DNA of 64,000 bases from Callorhinchus milii (taxonomy: Eukaryota): contig NW_024704742.1 in assembly GCF_018977255.1 (NCBI RefSeq), positions 101,372,001 to 101,436,000 of the forward strand. The letters run 5' to 3'. The notes below the pieces were generated by a model, which saw only the letters and a list, made by a program, of their open reading frames with translations, did no database searches and was not told the origin of the DNA. A program made the position numbers and the translations under genes. Positions 22,860-35,860 of this stretch are shown here, piece after piece (within the stretch, counting starts at the first letter, position 1; every line of letters starts with the position of its first letter).

Positions 22860-23545
22860 TAGGGATCGTCAGTCTGGAAAACTCAGAGGGCTCATAATGA
22901 TGTACAAAATATTAAATGGAATTGAAAAAGTAAACCCAGATCAATAATTTAGCATGTATCATGACAGTAGAACAAGAGGACAAAGGTTTACAGTTGTCAA
23001 TAGCAACTTCAGGACAGATACCAGGAAGTTTTCTTTACACAGAGGGTAATCAACGACTGGAACAGGTTGCCAGGAAAGGTGGTAGAGACCAGGACACTGA
23101 CCTCATTTTAAAAAGCAGCTTAACGCAATGATTGGGGAATAATAATAATTTTTGAATTTGATATAGCGCTTTTCACGTCTTTGAGATGTCCCAAAGTGCT
23201 TCACAGAATATACTGTAAATTGAATTGACTATATATTTGTGGGCACAACGCGGCAGCCAATTGAGCACAGCAGTGTTCCACAAATAGTCGTGGATTGAGT
23301 GACCAAATTATTATTGTTTTTTTTTCTTGAGGGATTATTATCGGGCGTGTGGAGTAAGGAAACTTGCCTAAGGTTTTGCCCTGCCGGGAATGAACCCAGA
23401 TCTCTCACTTGCAAGGCGAGTGCTCTAACCACTGAGCTACAGGACTCCACGATGGTACAGGTTGGTAGAGTGGGTGTTCTGGAGGAATGAGATTAGATGC
23501 CTTAAAGGGCCTCTTCATTCAGACCAATCTTGTCATCTTGTGATA
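22860..23545 (+). mobile_element. CR1 3' fragment split by the SINE at 23138-23450
   Basis: MYKILNGIEKVNP and RTRGQ..FFTQRVINDWNRLPGKVVE-type ORF2 C-terminal coding. Confidence 0.75.
23138..23450 (-). mobile_element. tRNA-Ala-derived SINE, short form
   Basis: Full-length reverse match to the family, ending GAGCTACAGGACTCCAC. Confidence 0.9.
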
Positions 23546-25379
23546 TGTCATCTGGTTTTACTGCCTTGCAGATATTTAGGGTGAGAAATTCCTCAGCTCA
23601 TGTGGCTAGCAACCTTGTTCCAATACTCATTGGCGGTCTCATTTGTGATGTTCACAAAAGTGATGGAAAGGATTCATTTCAGCGCGCCAACTGGCCTGAG
23701 TGGTAAGATTTCCACTTGGTGATTTCTGAAAACCACTGAAGTGCTAAAAAATGAAGGCTCTTAGAGCAAAGTGGACGGCTGTGGTAGATAGTGCTTTACT
23801 CTCTGACCTTTTCCACTGGCTTCTGGAATTTACACTTAGCACTTCCCACTTCATTTACTAATATTGCAAATTAGATCCTAGTGAGGTGCAGATTATTAGA
23901 TAATTAGCACTTATGAATGGTACAGCTCTGTTCCTGATATTTCTCTCCTTCAAAGCCCAGCATAAGACTCACTGCTTCATTCACTCATTCATTCCAAAAA
24001 GAGAACACAGACCTGAGATACAGATAATGGGATGTCAGAGAAGTCCAGAAAGATAATCAATTAGAAATATTTTGAGAAAATCTAGTGTGGCGAGATTAAC
24101 CTGTTTTAAATAAGGCCATATGATTTTGTAATGTTTTTAGTGTGGGTTTGGTAACTATGTAGGATAGAGACTTAAACTATGCGTATGGTCATCTCCTCTC
24201 TCTCCCCGACTTGGTATCAAGCTCCTTCACTGTTAAATACTCCGAGATACTATCCCACATGCAAGGCGCTATAGAAATGAAATCTGTTGTTGAATTCTTT
24301 TACATTTACTGCAATCCATTACCATTTTCATATTGCCTAGCACCAGAGATTGCAAGTGTCATTATCAGGTCCAGGTGATTAGGAGCAGATAGAATATCTT
24401 TAATTTTTATTTTGAATCAGATGTTGTTTTTGAATTGGTACAAATCTTGCCCAGCCCTGTAATCTGTTGTTGAGAATGATATCCAGCACAATAATACTAA
24501 TAATCCTTGCATTTTATATAGAACCTTATCACATTATTGAGATGTCTCAAAGCCCTTCACAGAATATACTGTAAAGTGGAATGACTGTGTATTTTGTGAG
24601 TGAATTCTACTTCCTACAGGCCTTCTTGACTTTGCATCTGCAGTTAAATTTAATGTTTTTTTTGCATTGTCACAATAAAAAATAAATCATAACAAAGAAA
24701 AATGCCATGGCAACATTCCCAAATGAAGTAAGATTAAGGTTACTGAAGGTAAAAACAAAACATTCCAAGCTATTTCCTACAGATCCATTGACGACAAGAC
24801 AAGATGGCAATAACCTTGTCCCCACAGTCATGCTGCTAACACTCAATGGGGTTTATTTACCATGATACAAGAGTAGAGAAAATGTTTCTAGGGTCAATTT
24901 TGTGTTTATCACATTTAGAATGTGGAATATAGTTACCTTCTCTCTCTCCCTGACTTGATGTCAAGCTCCTTCACTGTTAAGCGCTCCGAGACATTATTCC
25001 CATGCAAGGCTCTATAGTAGTGAAAGTTGTTGTTGGATTCTTTTGCATTTACTTCAATCCATCACTATTCTGCAGTTTTACCTTTGGGGACCATCAAGTG
25101 TCTATGTAGAACTTTTCCAAAAAGTAACAAAGTGAAGTCCATGGTAAGGTTGGTTTTCCCGATCTGGGGAAGGAGTAGGATTGATGGACTCAATTGTCCT
25201 TTTTTCCATTTGTTCTCATGATATAATCCAAATACATTCTTCATCACATTCAATATTTTAGAATTTAAAAATTCCACATTTCTTATGAAGATACCAGCTA
25301 AAATGTTCCGTATATTATACTTCATTATAAGTTATCATTATCCAAAATAATAATAAAGTAAATCTATGTTTACATTCTG

Positions 25380-25572
25380 AGCCATTTTAGAGTATTAACA
25401 TTTTGGCAAATTCTTAAATACATCTGGTTTTAAAGCCGGTTTTTGTAAATTATTTTACGAACTGCAGAAAACAATTTTCAAAGTTAAGACTCAATTTATC
25501 AATTTTCTAAATTGTGGACACTTTAAAATGCTATTTAAATAGAGCAAAGAGCCAGGTGGAATTTCTCCCCAG
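25380..25572. mobile_element. Second, diverged copy of the palindromic MITE-like element
   Basis: CATTTTAGAGTATTAACATTTTGGCAAATT pairs with AATTTTCTAAATTGTGGACACTTTAAAATG. Shares the AGAGCCAGGTGGAATTTCT end with 4791-4809. Confidence 0.6.
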
Positions 25573-26714
25573 AAGTCTCCATATATTTAATGTAAGCTAC
25601 TTAATGTATATTAAAAATAACATTTCTGAAATTCCATAAGTCATTCACAAATCGGATAGTTTCATGATGGATTACAGAAATCAATAAACATGTTCAACCT
25701 GGTTTCATCTTCGATAGTGCAGCAAGAACTGCTGCTATTTATTCATGACATATGAATGCTGTCCTGTTGCTCAATCCTATCATGACACCAGCAAATTACA
25801 GCAAGTTAATTAATAAGCTGTAAAACAGCACATGTTTATCTGAGAGGTCCATTGATTGTGTCAAAACAGCAGCTGATGCACACTGCAGACTCTTTCCCTG
25901 GATCCCTATTTCTCGAATGCTGAATAGAAGAAATATTTAGCTGGACTGTGAATTATCCTAACGAAACAGTTCTTCTCGGAACCCCAAGAGTGTTGTGGAA
26001 TGACAATAAGGAGAAACCGTTCTGTCACATGGTGTTCTGGTGCAAGAGACTGGAAGATATAACTCTCTAGCAGTTTGATGCATTCATCTAATATGACAGA
26101 GTAGTCCCTCCCTCATCAGTCAGTCTTTTTCAAGGACATGTTTCAGTTTCTGCCAATCTCCATATGTTTTCTCAAAGACACAGACAAAAAGCTGACTGCA
26201 CTTCTTAACTCAGAGAGATTGAAAGTTTCTTTTTTTTAAATTGAACATTTTTTTAGACTGATTCAACATTTTTTCTCCACTGAGAACTGGAACCTCATTT
26301 AACACAATTTAGTTTTTATCACTGGATTCATTTCCCTCAGCTTTCATCGCCTTGTGCTGCTAAAAGTAATAAAACTCCAAATAAGATGGTCTGATCTAGA
26401 CAGTAGCAAATTTCATTAAACACAAAAGCACATGGGTGATATTAACTCTTCCTAAGGTTATTGTAAAATGAAACACTCAAGTGGCAGCTGCATTAGTTGA
26501 GTTAGAATTACTGTGGTCATACAGTGGAACCTGATGGTTATTGCTGTTAGGATCAACTCATGGGGTAGACAGTGGGTTGAAATGTCCTAGAAACAGCCTT
26601 GAAATGAGTTACCAATTTTATCTAGGGTTTTTTTAGACAGGAAACCAAGAGAGACTCCCTGCTCTTTTTTCGAATAGTGTCTTGGGAATCCAATAAGTAC
26701 CAAGACAAGCAAAT

Positions 26715-27170
26715 AATAAAAACAAATTCTTCCATTTGCTACAGGGCCTTTCATGTCAAGAGTATGTCTCAAGGATATATTGTAAACTGTTATGACTGTA
26801 TTTTGTAGGTAAATGCAGCAGCCAAATTTGCATACAGCAATGCCCTGAGAAACAGCCTTGAAATGAGTTACCAATTTTATCTAGGGTTTTTTTAGACAGG
26901 AAACCAAGAGAAACTCCCTGCTCTTTTTTCGAATAGTGTCTTGGGAATCCTGAACAGGCAGATGGGACTTCAGTTTCACTTCTTATGTGAAGGATGACAC
27001 TTCCAACAATTGCAGAATCCCACCCCCCCCTCCCCCCCCCGCCCCCACCCAGCACTGCATTGGAGTGCCAGCCTCAACTAAATGAGTTGCAAGACCCTAC
27101 GTGATGCTTAAACTCACAGCCTTCTGACTCACAGGTGAAAGTGTTACCAACAGAAGGTAGGCTGACACAC
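26715..27170 (-). mobile_element. Older Deu-domain tRNA-SINE
   Basis: GCAGCCAAATTTGCATACAGCAA core and CCTTCTGACTCACAGGTGAAAGTGTTACCAAC head. Confidence 0.75.
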
Positions 27171-27344
27171 CAATCTGGTGGATTCAATTCAATACCCAGT
27201 ATACACTGCTAGCTGATTTCAGACCGGCATGGATTAGGACAATACAAATGATCTTAATATCCTCAGGTTAGGAAGAGAAAAATCTCCCTGGTTGTCCATT
27301 CCTGATCCCTATCCACTGACACCTGAAGCCAGTGGGCAGTGTGA

Positions 27345-29090
27345 ATGTCAGAATCGGATGATGCAGGAAGCAGATGTTTTCAATCTTTGAGGCAAAGAAG
27401 TCTAAGACCTCTTCGCACTTGGCGTTTGATGTGAGGATAAAGGGGGCTTGAGGGGATGCACAGAGGAGGTGATGGATGGTGGAAAACAATGTCTTTGGAT
27501 TGTTGTTTGCCTCCAGGATAACTTTGGAATAAAAGTCAGTTGTGGCCTGTGAAAGGGAGAGGCGGTAGGTGCGTGGATGCTCGAGCCACAGCTGGCAGTG
27601 AATCGTGAGGCCAGATTTCTGCCATTTGCGCTCGAGCGTCTGGGTTTGGCTTTTAAGTGAGTGGAGATGATTATTGTACCGGGGGAGCGGGTGGCTTTGG
27701 AAACAGCTCTGGATTTCAGGGGAGCCAGGGAATTAAAGATTGTGAAGAGACGGTCATTCAGCAGCTTGACGGCTTCATCAGGATCGCTGCGAATAGAGCA
27801 CCAGAGGGAGAGGAGGTCCAAGAAAGAGAGGGCATTTGTGAGGGACTCAGAGGGAATCTTTTTTCAGGGGTAGAAAAAGACGGTGGAAGCTTGGAAGAAG
27901 GGAGGGGGATGTGGGAGGAGAGGGAGTTGTGGAAGTGGTCTGAGATGGCCTTGTCCTTGATGGATAAGTCAGAAATGTCAAAGCCATGTGTGATGACGAG
28001 GTTGAGGGGGTGGTGCCGCAGTTGTGGATTGGCAGTTGATGTGGAGGGTGAGGTTTAGGGTGGAGAGGAGGGCAGTGAAATCCAAGGAGGTGCTGCAAGG
28101 GGAGTTTAGGTGGAGTTTGAAATCACCTGATATGAGCAGGTGTTCAGTGTAGAGGGACAGGGATGAGAGGAAATAGGAGATATCAGTGAGGAAGGAGCGA
28201 GGAGGTTTGGGGTGGGGGAGGTGGTAAATGAGGACAATTTTGTGGGAGACAGAGGAGGGATGGTAGAGGGTGAGGTGCTCAAAGGAGGAGAAACAGCCAG
28301 AGGTATAGAGGGATAAACCAAGGGAAGTTTGGGAGATTCGGGCTACCCTGCCGCCACATTGGTTGTGGCATTGGGGGGGTTGGGGGTGGGTTGTGGTGGA
28401 AAGTGTAGCCAAGAGGGGAGGCTTGAATGAGAGGGACGGAGTCACAGGGGGAGAGCCAGATTTCTGTAGGGCCAAGAATATCGATGTGCTCACCTAGGAT
28501 GAGGCCATGGATAGTAAACGCTTTATTGGAGCGGCAGCAGACATTTTGGAGGGAGAGATTTGTTGATGGGGAGTGGGATTAAGGAGATATGGTATAAAGA
28601 GGTATGTGTTCTGCTGAAGGATCGTGCCCGAAATGTTGACTCACTCTCCTTTCTCCATAGATGCTGCCTGACCTGTTGAGTTTTACCAGCAGCTTCTGTT
28701 TTTGTTTCAGATTTCCAGCATCTGCAGTATTTTGCATTTACAGAGGGTTTGGGGTTGTGGGGGAGAAATGCCCATGGAGTTTGAGGAGGTGGGAGAGTTG
28801 GAGAGTGTATGGGATGAGGGAGAGGAAAGGGGTGTTTGCCTTTCGGAGGCGTTTGGTGCGGAGAAAGTGAGCGATGGGATAGTTGGGGTGGCTGAATTGG
28901 GACAACCAGTGTCAGGAGCCATGATGGGCCTGGCAGAGGATACTCAGACTAGAGCAGAGGAAGGTAATGGTGGATCCAGAATAGGGAGAAGGCGAGGATG
29001 GCAGTGGGAGAGAACGACAGAGAGGGAGTAGCGGAGTGTGGGGGTAGGAGGATAAACATCTTCAGAGGGAGCGGCTCAGGTTGGGGCAGA
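27345..29090 (-). mobile_element. L2 5' portion (APE endonuclease region), 3' end missing
   Basis: ORF 27978-28493 (SSFEHL, IVLIYH, LLISGDFKLHLN). Colinear with 12050-13500. Confidence 0.85.
28590..28740 (+). mobile_element. Penelope-like element terminal-repeat fragment with a degenerate hammerhead motif, inserted in L2
   Basis: CTGCTGAAGG...CCCGAAATGTTGAC followed by AGATGCTGCCTGACCTGTTGAGT...TTCAGATTTCCAGCATCTGCAGTATTTTGC, a repeat I recognise from shark and ray genomes. Family assignment is from recall. Confidence 0.65.
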
Positions 29091-29157
29091 ATATAAGCAT
29101 AAATTAGTAAAAAGTAAATTTAGAATAGATATCAGAAATTAATTTTTACTCAAAAGA

Positions 29158-29517
29158 AGGAGTCCTGTAGTTTAGTGGTTGGAGCACTCACCTCGCAAGT
29201 GAGAGACCTGGGTTCGATTTCCAGTAGGGCGAAATGTTGGGCCAGTTTTCTTACTGCACATACCTCTGTATACCTACCAGTAAGTAGGAACCCAGATGTT
29301 AGTCGATTGGCTGATTGCTATTCTGGGGGGTAATAATCCCTTATAAAAAATATTGGTCATTCAATCCATGACTTTGTGGGACACTGTGTGCAATTGGCTG
29401 TCGCGTTTCGTCCACAAAATATACAGTCAATTCACTTTACAGTATATTCTGTGAAGCGTTTTGTTATGTCTCGAAGATGTGATAAGGTACTATAACAAAT
29501 GCAAGGATATTTATTAT
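29158..29517 (+). mobile_element. tRNA-Ala-derived SINE, long form, inserted in a CR1 fragment
   Basis: GGAGTCCTGTAG head and long block. CR1 coding (FFTQ / VWNNL) flanks both sides. Confidence 0.88.
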
Positions 29518-30784
29518 AAATGTTTGGAATAATCTATCCAGGAAGGTTATAAAGGCAAAACCTTGGCATTAGTTATTGTGGGAGAGTTAACGTATCAGCA
29601 GGGTAAGGATTGTTTCACCCCCCACCGCCCCCTCCCACCACCATGTTCTTATGCCCATGGAATTTTGGATGCAGATTGCCAATAAAAGAACATTTCAATC
29701 AGATAAGATATAATACTGCTTCCGATACGAACTGTATTCCTCTGGTGGTAAACCCATGCCATACATCCATTGTATAGTCGTAAGATCAAAAAGAGAAGCC
29801 AGATAAAGAGGCCAATTCAATCCATTTGATCTCATCTTTCCAGAATACCCAGCTAACTATCCTGCCATTAGAGCATCAAGATACAATGGGAGGACCTAAC
29901 CTCAACCACCTTCCTGATAAAATGTTTCAGTTGTCATGTACTCTATGAATACAACAATATTGGTGATGTTGTTGCATGTTATTTTAGGACTTGCTAGCTA
30001 ATAGCTTTCTAGTCGATCAAAGAGCACTTAAGGATCTAGAGCATAAGCAGCTTTGTGCTTATACTCTGGATCCTTGAGTGCTTAGGGACTCTACCCCACA
30101 AGAAGGGCCCTATATAAATGCAAGTTGTTGTTGTTGTTGTTCTTGTTGTTATGTGGACTGTTGATCCAGATTCTACAAACTATTAATCTACACGTGCTTC
30201 AACAACAACAACAAATTACATTTGTATAGCGCCTTTCACATCGGGAGGACATCCCAAGGTGCCGAAATCTCCTTCCTATCACTTTGGGCAAGAGGTGGAA
30301 ATTTCTAATAATTGAAGAGTAAAGTATTAAATGCAGAATGCACACAAATTGTCTATAACATCTTTAGTCAATCTTAGATTTGTGCCTGAATGCTCATGAC
30401 TAAAAGATTGTAAATACTGAACCCAAGCCATAGACTGTGAGAAAAAAGAACAAGAGTTTTGTTGTTACTGGAACACTGTCTACCAACAGAGACTGTAGTG
30501 AAATAAATTCAATGCTAGTCTTCCTGCCTGGCTGGCATGTTGTCTTTCTTTTGAAGATTAGAACACCTATGTAGAAAAACAGTAGGATGTATGCCAGTTA
30601 GATATCAAGCAGTGCTTCACAGACATTTCTCATTTTCTTTATTTTTACAAGATAATGGACTACAACAGTGGAAGAGTGAGTGGGGTTCAGCAGAAATCCA
30701 AGATTTCATCAGAACATGCAAGGCTCAGATTTTCTACAAATGTGAAATTTGGGCTTTGGCTTCAATTCAGCCCTTATTCATAAC

Positions 30785-32670
30785 AATCATAACAACAACA
30801 ACTTGCATTTATACAGCACCCCTCAGGCAGGGTAGCATGCCTCAGCACTTGACAGTGACGGGGCACAACGCAGAGCTGGAGGGAGGGGGAGGTGACCATA
30901 GGCACAGTCAAATAGGAAGGTCTTTAGGCACGACCTGAAGATGGGGAAGGAAGAGACAAGATGGAGGGATGGCAGAAGAGTATTCCAGAGTTTTGGGGCA
31001 TAGAAGCCAAAAGCGTGGCCACTGATTGTGGAACAGAGGGCACGAGGGACACGCAGAAGGTCGGAGCCCTCGAGTGGAGGTAGCAGTTTGTGGGATGGGG
31101 GTAAGCAAGTCGGAGAGGTAGTGAGGTGCTAGGGAATGAAGGGAATTCAAAACGAGTGTGAGGATCTTGAAATCAATCCGTTTAGCGATAGGGAGCCAGT
31201 GGAGCCTGGCTAGAACTGTTTTCATGGGGGTGCGGAGTTTAGTGCAGGTGAGTATGCTGTTGGCAGAGTTTTGGATCAGCTGCATCCTGTGCATGGTGGA
31301 TCTGGGGAGACCAGCAAAAGGGCAATTGAGAAGTTGAGTTGGGAGGCGATGAACTCATAGCCGAGTGTTTTGGCTGCGTCTGGGATAAGGTACCGTCAGA
31401 GGTGGGAAATGTGGTGGAGGTGGATGAAGATGGTCCTGGTCAGGGATTGGATGTGGAGAAGGAAGGACAGCTGTGGGTCAAACCTGATGCCTAAGTTCCG
31501 CACTGGTTCAATAAGTCTGAGGGATAGGCCGGGGAGGTTGAGGAGGTCAGAGCCACAGGATAGAAGACTTTGATCGGAGCCAATGAGTATGGCTTCCATC
31601 TTGTCAACATCTAGTTGTAGGAAGTTTTCACTCGTCCAGGCCCTGATACCCACCAGACAAACTGAGAGAACATCAGGGGATGAAGTCGCAGTTGGAGAAG
31701 GAAAAGTAGATTTGTGTGTCATCCACATACATGTGTAAATTTACCCTATGTCTGTGGAATGCATTGCCAAGAGGGAACATATATATGAGGAAGAGGAGGG
31801 GGCCAAGGATTTGGGGTGCACCACAGGTGACCGGGTGGGGGGAAGGAGAAACTGTTTGAGGAGATAAAGTGAAGGCCATCCGGCGTGGAGAGTGCTATAT
31901 AAATCCAAGTTGTTGTTGTTATGTAGGACTTAAATAATAAAATAATAATAATCCTTGCATTTAATATAGCGCTTTTCACGTCGGGAGGACGTCCCAAAGC
32001 GCTTCACAGAATACACTGAAAAGTGAATTGACTGTATATTTGTGGGCGAACGCGGCAGCCAATTGTGCACAGCAATGTCCCACAAACAGTCGTAGATTGA
32101 AAATGACCAATTTATTATTGTTTTTGGTTTTTTGGAGGGATTATTATTAGGCGTGTGGAGTAAGGAAACCTGCCCAAGGTTTCACCCTGCCTGGAATTGA
32201 ACTCAGGTCTCTCGCTTGCAAAGCGAGTGCGCTAACCACTGAGCTGCAGGACTCCACCAGGAGTGAGGTCCAGGCTAGTGAGGTCCCATTGAGGTGGATG
32301 AGGGACGAGAGGCAGAGGATAGGATGGTGTGATCGACTGTGTCAAATGCAGCAGAGGGATCCAGGAGGATGAGGAGATAGAGGAAGCCCTGGTCACACAG
32401 AGAGAGAACATCATTAGTCACCTTGATAAGTGCCATCTCTGTACTATGGACTGCGTGGAAACCAAACTGGAAGTGCTTGAGGAGGACGAAGAGGAAGAGA
32501 TAAGAGCAAAGCTGGTTGGCGATAAGACATTCCAGAGCTTTTGCAAGGAAGGGCAGGTTGGAAATGGGTTGGTAATTAGTAAGGATTGAGGGGGTCAAGG
32601 GTGTTTTTTTTGAGGAGGGGAGTGATGACAGCAGTTTTAAGGGGGAGAGGAACAGAACCTGAGTAGAACA
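30785..32670 (-). mobile_element. Older L2 (RT region) with a nested SINE and a short L2-type tail
   Basis: ORF pieces [32 protein letters not shown] and LHWLPIAKRIDFKIL. Confidence 0.88.
31932..32258 (-). mobile_element. tRNA-Ala-derived SINE, short form
   Basis: Near-consensus full-length reverse copy. Confidence 0.93.
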
Positions 32671-34099
32671 ACTGCACGGTGCAGGGTGGTGGCAAACAAG
32701 AGCAAAGAAACAACAAGCATTTTATATAATGCTTATTAGATATAAAGCAGTGCTTTACTGACATTTCAATGTTAAATAAGGCCCCATCTGTCCGGTTCAG
32801 GTGAGCGTTAAGATCCCATTGTACCTTTCAAAAAGAAAAGGGAGTTTCTTCTGGTGTCTTGGCCCAACAATTAGAACAAATGAGAACATACAATACAATA
32901 CAAAAGTACATTTGTAAGAATTTACTAGGCAAAAGAAGACCAAGGTCTATGCAATTTGCCATCCTGGCAGTCGTTTGATATATCGTTTCCCCTAGATAAA
33001 ATTGGTTATTCACTTAATGGCTGTTTTGTGGACTTCAAACATGAAAGGCACTATTTCAAAAAAGAATATTATTTTTATTATAACAGCAAAATTCAACAAA
33101 GCACATTTTGACTCCATTACATGCTATGGTAAGGTGGAAGTGTATTGCACTTCTGGTATACAATGGTTCTATGATACACCCACACTATAAGCATGCCCTA
33201 CACTGAAGCACATTATTACAGGGTCTGACAGTATCCAAAATATCCCTTGCACTTTGAAAAAATGAGTGCAAAGATTTTCAGTTGAATATTAGGATTTTTT
33301 TACAGGGTGATTTTCTTTCTGACAATAAAATTAATGCATGACTGTTGATAAGAGGGAACTCAGAATTGTAACTTTTGTGAAATTTTGTGGGTTAAAAGCA
33401 GAAGTTGACATTTTTCTCCTGACTGGACATGTGGCTGATAGGAGTTTGCAAACATACTGTTGAAAAAGCAATTAAAACACTTAATTAATGATAGAAACCA
33501 ATTAAGCCAGGGAATCTAAACATTTTCCACTGTCACTGAAGCATACTGAACATGAAAGTGTTTAATTATGATCTGAATAGACATAAAGTCTCGAGCAGCT
33601 CACAAAGAGCTGTAGTTTAGGCATTGTGTGTGACCATGTCTTCCTGCTTTGCCTGGTGACCTCAAGGTTGATCATTAATCAACTCATGGAATCTTGTTGT
33701 GTGTAAAATAGCTGCCTAAGATGCCTGTATAAAATAGTCATAACACTTGACAAAGATTCTGCAGGACAACACATCTGTAGGATGTCACACAAGAAAGCCA
33801 TTTGCCTTGTCCTTCCAGAATGCCCACCCTCCCATCCTTTCATTACTGCATCAAACTATTTCACATAATTAATCCAGTAACCTGACCTCAACCATCTTCC
33901 TTGTAACTTGTTCCAGTTGTTAGTTACCCTCTGGGTAAATAAATATTTCCTAGTGTCTGTCATAGAATTGCCATTTTACAACCCTCAACCTGTGTCGATT
34001 TGTTTTTGGCACCTTCTAAAGGACTGTTCTGGGATTATTTGCTCAATCCAATTTAAAATCCTTCACTCTACTATGAAGTCTCCTCAGAGATATCAACTT

Positions 34100-34263
34100 T
34101 TTAAAACGCGGTGGATGGCTATTTGAGGAGGACGGGTTTGCAAGTTATGGGGAAAGGGCTGGAGATTGGATTTGACGTTACATTGCTCTTTTCAAAGAGC
34201 TGGCACAGACTCAAAGGGCCGAATGGCCTCTTTTTGTGCTGTACGATTCTATGATTCTATGAT
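34100..34263 (+). mobile_element. CR1 3' end inserted in an older opposite-strand CR1 (about 33790-34400)
   Basis: AAGGGCCGAATGGCCTC hairpin region and the canonical 8-bp CR1 tail repeat (ATTCTATG)x2. Confidence 0.85.
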
Positions 34264-35608
34264 ATGTTTTTACAAGACTCAAGAGCCCGAGCTTGTCCAA
34301 ACATTACCCTTAGCTCATTGCTCTGTCACTGTGGATAATCCTCTTTGTTTTTCTCTGTACTGCCTCACCTTTTCTCTGTACTGCTCTTCTGTGTGCTGGT
34401 TTCACTGGTTGTAACACATCAATGATATTGCACTGGCCTAGATTGAATGCCCTCCAGAGATTGATTTTGGTCAAAAGTAATTTTCTTTGATTGCGGAGAG
34501 AGATTTGAGTTCCCTTATAAGGCATGGGTTCCCATCCAGGAATTACTACCATTTCAAAAGACCATTTATAAAGTCCTGCAAGGTTAAATTCCTGTATTTC
34601 CTCTCTTTAACGAGTAAAATAAATTGTAGATATTGATAATGGTTCCAACCTGCGCAAGAACACTGATGCAATCTAGTTTCAGTGGCACTTATATTTCCTA
34701 CATTCAGTGACTGGCCTGAACAGCAGACCCATTTATCACTACCTATAAATGGTGTGCAACATCGCAGGGTTATCTCTCATTCTTTGCACCTTTGAGTTGC
34801 ACCTAAATGCTCGCTCAATTCTCTTTGGATATCATCTGAGAACCAATTATAAGTCACCCTAGCCCCCTTATTATATTCTGCTAAATGGCTTTTTACACAA
34901 TCTCCCTGGAAGTAAGGACTCAGGAGACAAACTCAGGTCAAGAAGCCTTATAAAGTTCTTTCAAGGTCACCAATGCACGTTTTTCCAACTGAAAATCTTA
35001 GCACTTCTCTGAATGCTGCAAAGATAAAATCATTCATCTATAAAAAGGTGAGACTGAGGAGTTTTAAACTGGTGAACTGAGTCAGAAAAACATTTGAAGG
35101 AAGGGTCAATGTGCATTGGGTCAGAATAAATACATTGTCCACACGGTGATCCAAATTCATGATATCTCAGACGTGCTTTTTTTAAAAAGAAAAATCTCAA
35201 ACTGCATAAAAAGCCTGAAATAAAAATCGGAGTCTGTGAAATTTGACAAAGAATGCTGAGTAATACCTGCAGGAAATCAGCTTTACAGCTTTAGTTTTTC
35301 ATCAAAAGGCCCTTTAAATAACTGGTTCAGGTTTAAGGCAAAGTGTTCCCTCTTTGTGTGTGTTTTGTTACAACTTGCATCGTTTGTGTCAGGAAAAAAA
35401 ATGGTTGACTTGTAAATGCTGAAAGGGGTTGAGTCATTGATGATATTTCACTTGGAATGTAAATCCTCCTCTTTACAAAATATCCTGACATCAATATTTA
35501 TTGCCATTAGCAAATCAATAACATCAACATGATTATTCAGAGACCAGACGGAGCACCACAAGGAAATGTTGTTGCTCTGGTAACTGTTCCAACCACTCCA
35601 CCTCCTTC

Positions 35609-35860
35609 CCACACACTGCACATACACACACACATACACATATATACATGCACATGCATGCAAACACACACACATATACAGAAGAACAGAATTACAGAAC
35701 AGACTCTATAGTATATTATCGCATCACATATATCACACATTTTCCATAGGTGGCAGATGAAAATATTCTTTGAGGGAGCTGAGTTCAGCTGCATTCTGCT
35801 CATATATCCTGAAGACTGTGGAGTACGTGTGTGTCTGTGTGATGTGTGTGTGTGTGTGTC
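35609..35860. repeat. Imperfect (CA)n tract (35609-35680) and (TG)n tract (35827-35859)
   Basis: Directly visible alternating purine-pyrimidine runs. Confidence 0.85.

Noticed and set aside
26589..26950. Mini LTR element (TRIM)
   Set aside because: The repeats lack TG...CA ends, a primer-binding site, a polypurine tract and a TSD, and one copy is native SINE interior.
35448..35803. Cys/Val- and His/Thr-rich ORFs
   Set aside because: They are translations of (CA)n/(TG)n microsatellites.
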